Source of the DNA: Candidatus Eiseniibacteriota bacterium
GTDB lineage: Bacteria > Eisenbacteria > RBG-16-71-46 > CAIMUX01 > VGJL01
Assembly: GCA_034679345.1 (NCBI GenBank)
Contig: JAXDAY010000015.1
Span: 82,631 to 146,630, forward strand
Length of the DNA: 64,000 nucleotides
Direction: 5' to 3'
This document shows positions 56,359-64,000 of this stretch, piece after piece (positions within the stretch are counted from its first letter, which is position 1; every line of letters starts with the position of its first letter). The notes beneath the pieces are model-generated. The model ran no database searches. It was not told the DNA's origin and saw nothing but the letters and a program-made list of their open reading frames with translations. A program made the position numbers and the translations under genes.

Positions 56359-58629
56359 GTGGATGGCGATCGTTTGATGCAAAGCTCCTCGAGAAGCGCT
56401 ACCCCCGAGACGGGCGAACGTCGACGTAGGACCGCTCGCGGCGTGATCCTTCTGGATCGCGCCGCGGGACTCGGCATCATGGGCGGAGGAGCCTTCATCG
56501 TGCTCGCGGTGATCGGCATCCTGCTCTTCGTCGTTCTCGAGGCCTACCCGCTCTTCCGGCCGGCCAAGATCTGGCCGATCGCGACCACGGCAGGCCTGGC
56601 CGATGTGCGGCTCCTGGGAGTGGACGAGTACCGGGACTTGGCCTACGCGCTCGGCTCAGCTCCTTCGATCCGGCTCTTCGATCCGGTCGGGGGGAAGACC
56701 GTCTCGGACCTGCCGCTCGACAGCCTGGCGGGGGCGAGTCTCACGGCAGCCGCCGCATCCCCGCGACACGACCGGCTCGTGGTGGGCACTTCCGACGGGA
56801 GGATCCAGGAGATCGACCTCGGATTCTCCCCCGTCTACCACGAGGATGGTCGGCGGACCACCGAGGCGGAGATGGAGCAGGGCCGGGTCCGGCGGATCGG
56901 AGAGGGGACCCTCTCCGTGAGACGCCTGGCCTTCTCCTCGCAGGATGCGGGATCCGTCACGCTCGCGGAGACCTCCGACGGAAGAATTTACGTTCTGCGG
57001 GAAGTCGTGCGCACGACCTTGGTGGGAGAGGCGGTCCGCGAGCACGCCGCGCTCGAGCTGGGCGGCGTCAAGCCCTCGCGCGCGACCGCGCTCGCGGTCT
57101 CTGAATCCGGCCGGGCGATCTTCGTGGGAATGGAGGACGGGGGTGTGCAGGCATGGAGTCTCGAAGAAGAGCCGCGCTTCCTCGAGACCTTCCAGGGGGT
57201 GGAGAAGCCGGGAGTGCCAGTCACCGCACTCGCCGTGGCGATCGGCGGCAATACCGTCATCGTTGGAGGAGGAGATGGCTCGCTGGCCGGTTGGTTCCGC
57301 TCCAGGGACCCTGCCTCGCCGCAAGGCGCGAAACGCTTCATGCCGGTGCACCGGATCGCGACGCTCCCCTCGCAGGTTGTCGCGCTGGCGCCTTCGGGGC
57401 GGGACAGGGGATTCGTCTCCGCGGATGGCTCCGGAGCGGTGCGGCTCCACTTCCTCACGAACGAACGGACACTCCTTGCCCTAGCAGGGGACGGCGCGGT
57501 TCGCGCCCTCGCATTCGCGCCCAAGGCCGACGGAATCCTCGTCGCGACCGAGTCAGGCGAGGCGCGGCACTATGGGTTGCACAATCCGCATCCGGAGATC
57601 TCGCTCCGGGCGCTCTTCGGCAAGATCTGGTACGAAGGTTACGACCGCCCCGATCGGGTCTGGCAATCGACGGGTGGATCGGACGAGTTCGAGGGGAAGT
57701 TCAATCTGGTGCCGCTTCTCTTCGGCACGATCAAGGGAACTCTCTACGCGCTTCTCTTCGCGGTTCCCATCGCCCTGCTCGCCGCAATCTATGCGAGCCA
57801 GTTCCTCCACCATCGGATCCGCAACGTCCTGAAGCCGGCCATCGAGATCATGGCGGCGCTGCCGAGCGTCGTCCTGGGGCTGATCGCAGGGCTGTTTCTC
57901 GCACCCCGGCTCGAGACGATCGTTCCGGGGACGATCTTCTCCCTCGTCCTGCTTCCCGTCTTCTTTCTGGGCGCCTCGATCCTCTGGAAGGTATTCCCAG
58001 CCCGCTGGACCGATCGTTTTCCCACGGGGACAGAGGTGATCTTGCTGATTCCGATCGCCTTCCTGGCGATCTGGAGCGGGCAGGCGCTGGGACCGCTCCT
58101 CGAGCGCGCGCTCTTCGCCGGGGACTTCCGGCATTGGCTGAACGGCGCGCACGGTGTGCGCTATGACCAGCGCAACTGCATCGTCGTCGGCTTCGCGATG
58201 GGTTTCGCGGTGATCCCGATCATCTTCACGATTTGCGAGGATGCCCTCTCGGCGGTTCCCCAGGGCCTCGTGAGCGGCTCGATCGCCTGCGGCGCCAGCC
58301 GATGGCAGACGGCGCTGCAGATCGTCCTGCCGGCGGCCGGATCGGGGATCTTCTCGGCGATCATGATCGGCTTCGGGCGGGCCGTCGGCGAGACGATGAT
58401 CGTCCTGATGGCGACGGGGAACACCCCGATCATGGACTGGAGCATCTTCAACGGCATGAGAACCCTTTCGGCGAACATCGCCGTCGAGGTGCCGGAGGCG
58501 CCCTACCGGGGGACGCTCTACCGAGTTCTCTTCTTCTCCGGATTCCTGCTCTTCCTGACCACGTTCATTGTGAATACGGCGGCCGAGGTGATCCGCCTCC
58601 GGCTCAAGCGCAAGTACGGGAACTACTGA
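56359..58629 (+). CDS. pstC: Phosphate ABC transporter permease PstC, long form with a roughly 400-aa periplasmic repeat domain
   Basis: The C-terminal 300 aa form the PstC permease core (EAA-like region GASRWQTALQIVLPAAGSGIFSAIMIGFGRAVGETMIV). The N-terminal TM helix is followed by propeller-like repeats. Confidence 0.9.
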   Translation: MDGDRLMQSSSRSATPETGERRRRTARGVILLDRAAGLGIMGGGAFIVLAVIGILLFVVLEAYPLFRPAKIWPIATTAGLADVRLLGVDEYRDLAYALGSAPSIRLFDPVGGKTVSDLPLDSLAGASLTAAAASPRHDRLVVGTSDGRIQEIDLGFSPVYHEDGRRTTEAEMEQGRVRRIGEGTLSVRRLAFSSQDAGSVTLAETSDGRIYVLREVVRTTLVGEAVREHAALELGGVKPSRATALAVSESGRAIFVGMEDGGVQAWSLEEEPRFLETFQGVEKPGVPVTALAVAIGGNTVIVGGGDGSLAGWFRSRDPASPQGAKRFMPVHRIATLPSQVVALAPSGRDRGFVSADGSGAVRLHFLTNERTLLALAGDGAVRALAFAPKADGILVATESGEARHYGLHNPHPEISLRALFGKIWYEGYDRPDRVWQSTGGSDEFEGKFNLVPLLFGTIKGTLYALLFAVPIALLAAIYASQFLHHRIRNVLKPAIEIMAALPSVVLGLIAGLFLAPRLETIVPGTIFSLVLLPVFFLGASILWKVFPARWTDRFPTGTEVILLIPIAFLAIWSGQALGPLLERALFAGDFRHWLNGAHGVRYDQRNCIVVGFAMGFAVIPIIFTICEDALSAVPQGLVSGSIACGASRWQTALQIVLPAAGSGIFSAIMIGFGRAVGETMIVLMATGNTPIMDWSIFNGMRTLSANIAVEVPEAPYRGTLYRVLFFSGFLLFLTTFIVNTAAEVIRLRLKRKYGNY

Positions 58630-58630
58630 G

Positions 58631-60319
58631 ATGCGGCGATTGGCGACCAGGCCCCGAGAGATCGAGGCGACGAGACGCCCCCTGGTCGGGTCGGTCTGGG
58701 TCCAGCTCGTTCGCCGGGGGGATCCGTTCGTCTGGCTGACGGGCGGCGCTCTCGCCTGCGCGGCGGTGATGGTCCTCGGAGTCCTCGCGATCATCGCATC
58801 CAGCGGGATCGGAGCGATGTGGCCAAGGCCGCTCACGCGGATCGTGACGAAGGATGGCAGCGCGTACCTTGGTCAGATCATCGCGCGGGAGGAGATCCCT
58901 TCCTACGCGGAGGGAGCGGGCGGGCATCGCATCCTCATGCGGATCGGCAACCGGGACCTCTATGGCGTCGACTTCAAGTGGTTTGACGAGGCGGATCTCG
59001 ATTCGCGGAGTCGCCCGGTGGATGCGATCGTGATGGAGCGGCTCGAGTGGGGTCACTTCTACGGCACCGTGGAGGCGGTCCGGTTTCCGGGTGGCGAGGC
59101 GACGGGGGACGCCGCGTGGCCGAGGCTTCGCCGGGAGATCCGCGAGAGCCGAAGGAGATCCACTGAGATCCGGAGGATGGAGTCGCGTGAGGTCGGCCGG
59201 ACGAACGCCGAGATCGAGAAGACGCGTCTCGCGATCCGCCGGATCGAGCTTTCCGGAGAGGCCGCCACCCCGCAGGGCAAGGCGTCGATCGAGGGACTGC
59301 GGGAACGCTCGGCGGAGGCGGTCCGGAGATTCGAGGCGCTTCGTCCGCGCCTCGAAGGCCTGCGCGCCGCGGACGCGGAATATCGGGTGATCGTGCGATC
59401 CGCGCGGGGCGAGACGCGCGAGTATCCGATCTCGCACATCGTTCGCGCCTTCCGGCCCAATGAGGCCGGTTTCCTGGGATTGGTGGGGGTTTACCTGTCG
59501 CGCGTGGGCGAGTTCCTGAGCGCCGATCCCCGTGAGTCGAACACAGAGGGAGGGATCTTCCCGGCGATCTTCGGGACGGTTCTCATGACCCTTCTCATGA
59601 CGATCGCCGTCGTGCCGCTCGGGGTGCTCGCGGCCCTCTACCTGAGGGAGTACGCGAAGCAGGGGACGGTGATCAGCATCCTACGGATCGCGGTCAACAA
59701 CCTCGCCGGAGTCCCGAGCATCGTCTTCGGTCTCTTCGGTCTCGGATTCTTCGCCTACGCTGTCGGCGGATCGATCGACCATGTTCTCTTTCCCGAGCGG
59801 CTGCCTTCGCCGACCTTCGGAGGAGGTGGGCTGCTCTGGGCCTCTCTCACCCTGGCGCTCCTCACGGTGCCCGTGGTGATCGTGGCGACAGAGGAAGCGT
59901 TGGCCGCGGTCCCGAGGGGAATTCGCGAAGGCTCCATCGCCTGCGGGGCTTCGAAGTTCCAGACCATCACGCGGATCGTCGTCCCGAGCGCGGCGCCCGG
60001 CATCATGACCGGCGCGATCCTGGCGATGGCGCGCGGCGCAGGGGAGGTGGCGCCACTGATGATCACCGGCGTCGTCAAGCTGGCGCCCAAGCTTCCGCTC
60101 GACGGCCAGTTCCCCTTCCTCCACTTGGAGAGGAAGTTCATGCATCTTGGATTCCACATCTATGATGTCGGCTTCCAGAGCCCAAACGTCGAGGCGGCCA
60201 AGCCCATGGTCTACGCGGCGACGCTGCTGCTGATCGCGATCGTCGTGCTGCTCAATCTTGCGGCGATCCTCATCCGGAACCGGCTGAGGGAGAAGTACAG
60301 GACCGGAGCTTTCGGGTAG
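58631..60319 (+). CDS. pstA: Phosphate ABC transporter permease PstA, long form
   Basis: C-terminal PstA core ([39 protein letters not shown]) preceded by an N-terminal TM helix and a periplasmic domain of about 230 aa. Confidence 0.9.
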   Translation: MRRLATRPREIEATRRPLVGSVWVQLVRRGDPFVWLTGGALACAAVMVLGVLAIIASSGIGAMWPRPLTRIVTKDGSAYLGQIIAREEIPSYAEGAGGHRILMRIGNRDLYGVDFKWFDEADLDSRSRPVDAIVMERLEWGHFYGTVEAVRFPGGEATGDAAWPRLRREIRESRRRSTEIRRMESREVGRTNAEIEKTRLAIRRIELSGEAATPQGKASIEGLRERSAEAVRRFEALRPRLEGLRAADAEYRVIVRSARGETREYPISHIVRAFRPNEAGFLGLVGVYLSRVGEFLSADPRESNTEGGIFPAIFGTVLMTLLMTIAVVPLGVLAALYLREYAKQGTVISILRIAVNNLAGVPSIVFGLFGLGFFAYAVGGSIDHVLFPERLPSPTFGGGGLLWASLTLALLTVPVVIVATEEALAAVPRGIREGSIACGASKFQTITRIVVPSAAPGIMTGAILAMARGAGEVAPLMITGVVKLAPKLPLDGQFPFLHLERKFMHLGFHIYDVGFQSPNVEAAKPMVYAATLLLIAIVVLLNLAAILIRNRLREKYRTGAFG

Positions 60320-60320
60320 A

Positions 60321-61175
60321 ATGGGGAGGTTCGAGCTGGAAGTGGCCGAGATCGCTGAGCCGGGCGCCGAGGCGCCGGCGGATACGGAGCGCGAGAGGAA
60401 GATGGAGACGGGCGAGGCCCTCGAAACCGCGGTCGAGGTGGAGAACCTCAACCTCTGGTATGGTCCCTCGCAGGCGCTCTTCGATGTGCGCATGGAGATC
60501 CCCGAGCGCCAGGTCACCGCCTTCATCGGGCCGTCGGGGTGCGGAAAGTCCACGTTTCTGCGCTGCCTGAACCGGTTGAACGATCTGATCCCCGGAGTTC
60601 GCATCCAGGGAAAGGTGCGGTTTCACGGGGAGGACATCTACGCCCCCGGCGTCGATGTGATCGCGCTCCGCAAGCGGACCGGTATGGTCTTCCAGAAGTC
60701 GAACCCATTCCCGAAGTCGATCTACGAGAACGTGGTATACGGACTTCGAATCGACGGCCAGAACCGGAAGAGCATTCTCGACGACGCGATGGAGAGAAGC
60801 CTCATCGCCGCGGGGCTGTGGGACGAAGTGAAGGACCGGCTCCGAGAGACCGCCATGAATCTCTCGGGCGGCCAGCAGCAGCGTCTCTGCATCGCCCGGG
60901 CGATCGCCACCGAGCCGGAAGTGCTCTTGATGGACGAGCCCTGCTCGGCCCTCGACCCAATCGCCACGGCGAAGATCGAAGCGTTGATTCTGGAGCTACG
61001 GGAGAAGTACACGGTCGTGCTCGTCACCCACAACATGCACCAGGCGACCCGGGTGAGCGACTTCACGGCTTTCTTCTACCTGGGCAGCCTGGTAGAGTTC
61101 GGCCCCACCAAGAAGATCTTCCAGAAGCCGGACAAGAAGCAGACCGAGGATTACGTGACCGGTCGCTTCGGTTGA
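60321..61175 (+). CDS. pstB: Phosphate ABC transporter ATP-binding protein PstB
   Basis: Walker [25 protein letters not shown], signature LSGGQQQRL, Walker B LLMDEP and C-terminal [10 protein letters not shown]. The start could instead be an internal ATG. Confidence 0.95.
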   Translation: MGRFELEVAEIAEPGAEAPADTERERKMETGEALETAVEVENLNLWYGPSQALFDVRMEIPERQVTAFIGPSGCGKSTFLRCLNRLNDLIPGVRIQGKVRFHGEDIYAPGVDVIALRKRTGMVFQKSNPFPKSIYENVVYGLRIDGQNRKSILDDAMERSLIAAGLWDEVKDRLRETAMNLSGGQQQRLCIARAIATEPEVLLMDEPCSALDPIATAKIEALILELREKYTVVLVTHNMHQATRVSDFTAFFYLGSLVEFGPTKKIFQKPDKKQTEDYVTGRFG

Positions 61176-61224
61176 TCGAATCGAGGCGCATGCGGGAGTG
61201 GCGCGCCCCCGCGGCGGTGGATGG

Positions 61225-61881
61225 ATGGAACGATACTACGAAGAGCAGTACAAAGAGCTCCGGGACCTTCTCCTGCGGATGTGGTACATCACCAGCGAGA
61301 ACCTGAAGAAGGCCCTCGATGGCGTCTTCACCCGGGACCAGGCCCTCTGCACCGAGGTGATCGCCGCCGACGAGGCGATCGACCGGTTCGAGGTGCGGAT
61401 CGACCAGTCGTGCATCGACCTGTTGCTCCTCCGTCAGCCCGTGGCGAAGGACCTGCGGTTCGTGACGATGTCGATGAAGATCAACACGAACCTGGAGCGA
61501 GCCGGAGACCAGGCCGTCTACATCGCGCGGGTCGGATGCGACCTGATGGCGCTTCCGCCCGTCGAGGAGTCCTTCGGCGTCCCAGAGCTGGCCGAGATGG
61601 CCCGGCGGGCAATGGCCCAGGCGATGGATTCATACATGAACGAGGACGTGGAGCTGGCCCGGCGCGTGCGCACGGGCGACGAGGAGATCAACCGATTCCA
61701 TCGCGAGGTCATTCGCAAGCTGCTCGCGTACATGATGGAGAATCCATCGAAACTCACGCAGACCGTGGAAATGATCTTCCTGGCGCGTGCGCTCGAGAGA
61801 GTGGCCGATTACGGGAAGAACATCGCCGATGAGGTGATCTACCTCGTCGAGGCCGTGGACCCCAGGCACAAGGACGTCTGA
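61225..61881 (+). CDS. phoU: Phosphate signalling complex protein PhoU
   Basis: Two PhoU repeats (DEAIDRFEVRI; NLERAGDQAVYIA; ALERVADYGKNIADEV). Confidence 0.9.
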   Translation: MERYYEEQYKELRDLLLRMWYITSENLKKALDGVFTRDQALCTEVIAADEAIDRFEVRIDQSCIDLLLLRQPVAKDLRFVTMSMKINTNLERAGDQAVYIARVGCDLMALPPVEESFGVPELAEMARRAMAQAMDSYMNEDVELARRVRTGDEEINRFHREVIRKLLAYMMENPSKLTQTVEMIFLARALERVADYGKNIADEVIYLVEAVDPRHKDV

Positions 61882-61896
61882 GGGAAGTCTCGCCGC

Positions 61897-62904
61897 TCAG
61901 AGTCGGCGGATCAGCGCCTCGGTGAATCCCTTCGTTCCTGCCCTTCCGCCGATGTCGCGGGTGATCTCCGCCGGATTCCCATCGGAGAGGATCGCGTCAT
62001 AAGCCGCCTTGATCCGTTCGGCGGGCCCGAAGTCGCCAAGGTGGTTCAGCATCATCACGCCGCTCATGATCAGGGCGAGGGGGTTGGCGAGGCCCTTGCC
62101 GGCGATGTCCGGGGCGCTACCGTGGACCGCCTCGAAGACGGCGCAGTCCTCGCCGATATTGGCCCCCGGCACCACCCCGAGCCCACCCACCATGCCCGCG
62201 CAGAGATCGCTCACCACATCCCCGTAAAGATTCTCCAGGAGGAGAATGTCGAAGCGTGACGGATCCCGCACGAGCTGCATGCATCCGTTGTCGATGATGA
62301 GCTCCTCGTACTCGATCTCCGGGGCTTCCGCGCGGTGGATCGCGCGCGCGCAATCGATGAAGATTCCGTCGGAGAGCTTCATGATGTTCGCCTTGTGGAA
62401 GACGGTCACCTTGCGCCGGCCCCGCTCCCTCGCGTAGCGGAAGGCGAAGCGGGAGATCCGATCGCATCCCGCGCGAGTGGCGACCTTGATGCTCTCCACC
62501 ACGCCGGGGATGACCTCGTGCTCGAGTCCCGAGTAGAGCCCCTCGGTGTTCTCCCGAATGACGACGATCTCCACGTTCTCGTAGCGGGTGCGGATCCCGG
62601 GCATCGAGCGGATCGGCCGGACGGCTGCGTAGAGGTTGAAGAGCTTGCGAAGCTGGACATTGACGCTTGCGAAGCCGTGACCGACCGGGGTGGTGACCGG
62701 TCCCTTGAGGGCGATTCGGTGTTGCGCGATCGCCTCGATCGTTTGCGCCGGCAGGACGTTGCCGTGAGTATCGACCGCGGCGGCGCCGGCGGGCAGGACG
62801 ATCCAGTCGATCGCCGCTCCGGCCGCGGTGAGCACCTCCTGCGTCGCCCTGGTGACTTCCGGCCCGATCCCGTCGCCGGGAATCAGGCACACCGTGTGGC
62901 TCAT
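61897..62904 (-). CDS. Isocitrate/isopropylmalate dehydrogenase family enzyme, NAD-dependent isocitrate dehydrogenase type
   Basis: VCLIPGDGIGPEV, LKGPVTTPVGHGFASVNVQLRKLFNLYAAVRP, IRENTEGLYSG, NLYGDVVSDL and HGSAPDIAGKGLANP. Its 335-aa length is typical of the IDH3-like subgroup. Confidence 0.8.
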   Translation of the reverse strand: MSHTVCLIPGDGIGPEVTRATQEVLTAAGAAIDWIVLPAGAAAVDTHGNVLPAQTIEAIAQHRIALKGPVTTPVGHGFASVNVQLRKLFNLYAAVRPIRSMPGIRTRYENVEIVVIRENTEGLYSGLEHEVIPGVVESIKVATRAGCDRISRFAFRYARERGRRKVTVFHKANIMKLSDGIFIDCARAIHRAEAPEIEYEELIIDNGCMQLVRDPSRFDILLLENLYGDVVSDLCAGMVGGLGVVPGANIGEDCAVFEAVHGSAPDIAGKGLANPLALIMSGVMMLNHLGDFGPAERIKAAYDAILSDGNPAEITRDIGGRAGTKGFTEALIRRL

Positions 62905-62932
62905 TGCGATCCTCTGAGCGGCCGCATCCGCG

Positions 62933-64000
62933 CTAGTCGGTCACGCGTTCGATCCGCATCTTGTAGAAGGAGCGGATAATGAAGACGAGCGAGAGGGCGA
63001 AGAAGAGCGCGGCGAGGATCGCGCTCGTGCCGCGTCCCATCTCGAGCGCCAGCTCCACGGCGAGGAGGCCGAAGAGCGTGGTGAACTTGATCACCGGGTT
63101 CATCGCCACCGACGATGTGTCCTTGAACGGATCCCCGACGGTGTCGCCCACGACGGTCGCCGCGTGTAGCGGGGTCCCCTTCTCCTTGAGATCGACCTCG
63201 ACGACCTTCTTGGCGTTGTCCCAGGCGCCGCCGCCGTTCGCCATGAAGATCGCCTGGAAGAGCCCGAAGATCGCGATCGAGATCAGATAGCCGATGAAGA
63301 AGTAGGGCTCGAGGCATGCGAACGCGAGAGTGCTGAAGAAGACGGTGAGGAAGATGTTGAACATGCCCTTCTGGGCGTATTGCGTGCAGATCTCGACGAC
63401 TTTCTTGCTGTCGGAGACCGAGGCCTTGTCCGTCGCCTCGAGGTTGATGTGTCGCTTGATGAACTCCACGGCCCGATAGGCGCCCGTGGTGACGGCCTGG
63501 ATCGAGGCACCCGTGAACCAGTAGATGATCGCTCCTCCCGTGATGAGCCCAAGGAGGAACGGCGGGTGGAGGACCGAGAGCTTCTCGATTCCGACCGTGA
63601 GACCGTGGGTGAGAAGAACGATGATGGAGAAGACCATCGTGGTGGCGCCGACCACGGCGGTGCCGATCAGGACCGGTTTCGCGGTGGCCTTGAAGGTGTT
63701 GCCGGCGCCGTCGTTCGTCTCGAGAAGATGCTTTGCGCGCTCGAAGTTGACGTCGAAACCGTAGTCCTTCTTCAGCTCCTGCTCGATCCCCGGGAGCGTC
63801 TCGATCACCGAGAGCTCGAATACCGACTGGGCGTTGTCGGTCACGGGACCGTAGGAATCGACGGCGATCGTCACCGGCCCCATCCCTAGGAAGCCGAAGG
63901 CGACGAGGCCGAAGGCGAAGATCGGCGCGGCGATCATGTGGGCTGACAGGCCCATGGTGCTGACCCCGAAGGCGATCGCCATGAGGCTCAGGATTCCGAT
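62933..64000 (-). CDS. hppA: Membrane-bound proton/sodium-translocating pyrophosphatase, C-terminal part; the gene runs off the right edge
   Basis: DSYGPVTDNAQ, GAWDNAKK and AATVVGDTVGDPFKDTSSVAMNPVIKF motifs. The open frame continues to the window end. Confidence 0.9.
   Translation of the reverse strand: MGILSLMAIAFGVSTMGLSAHMIAAPIFAFGLVAFGFLGMGPVTIAVDSYGPVTDNAQSVFELSVIETLPGIEQELKKDYGFDVNFERAKHLLETNDGAGNTFKATAKPVLIGTAVVGATTMVFSIIVLLTHGLTVGIEKLSVLHPPFLLGLITGGAIIYWFTGASIQAVTTGAYRAVEFIKRHINLEATDKASVSDSKKVVEICTQYAQKGMFNIFLTVFFSTLAFACLEPYFFIGYLISIAIFGLFQAIFMANGGGAWDNAKKVVEVDLKEKGTPLHAATVVGDTVGDPFKDTSSVAMNPVIKFTTLFGLLAVELALEMGRGTSAILAALFFALSLVFIIRSFYKMRIERVTD

Overview
This is a high-GC bacterial chromosome segment (roughly two-thirds G+C by eye) centred on the replication origin. 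Gene orientation flips at about 33.1-33.6 kb. To the left, on the minus strand, lie rpmH-rnpA-yidD-yidC-rsmG-parA-parB, followed by an M23 peptidase and a bactofilin. To the right, on the plus strand, lie dnaA-dnaN-dciA(DUF721)-gyrB-gyrA-rex-ileS. The left flank (1-26 kb) holds an OMF-MFP-RND heavy-metal efflux operon that diverges from a sigma-54 two-component system. It also holds a Rex-like/BNR-propeller/CysO-like ubiquitin-fold trio, two secreted proteins sharing a FlgD-Ig/T9SS-type C-terminal domain, an MFS transporter, rocD, MscS, a BepA-like M48 peptidase, a PLP-enzyme/CDF/CorA/TPR-membrane operon and an FGE-domain lipoprotein. The right flank (45-64 kb) holds a TPM/NTase/LemA cluster, a class-III-SBP ABC importer, SppA, an ArsB/NhaD-type permease, pstSCAB-phoU with long-form PstC/PstA, an NAD-type isocitrate dehydrogenase and a partial H+-pyrophosphatase. 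I saw no rRNA, tRNA, CRISPR array, IS element or recognisable defence or toxin system, so the window is mostly core housekeeping. The most unusual observations are these: (1) rpmH, too short for the ORF track, is nested out of frame inside the rnpA reading frame, as in Thermus. (2) A good sigma-54 -24/-12 element abuts the start codon of the efflux operon. (3) Two variant parS palindromes lie upstream of parA. (4) A DnaA-box-like cluster 8.5 kb from dnaA shares an exact 13-mer with the dnaA-dnaN spacer. (5) parAB is co-oriented and tightly packed with an LmdC-like M23 peptidase and a bactofilin. (6) A divergent Rex paralog heads a BNR-propeller plus GG-terminated beta-grasp gene pair. (7) Three 11-bp direct repeats (Pho-box-like) lie upstream of pstS. 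All functional calls come from reading the translations and motifs by eye; no database search was possible.
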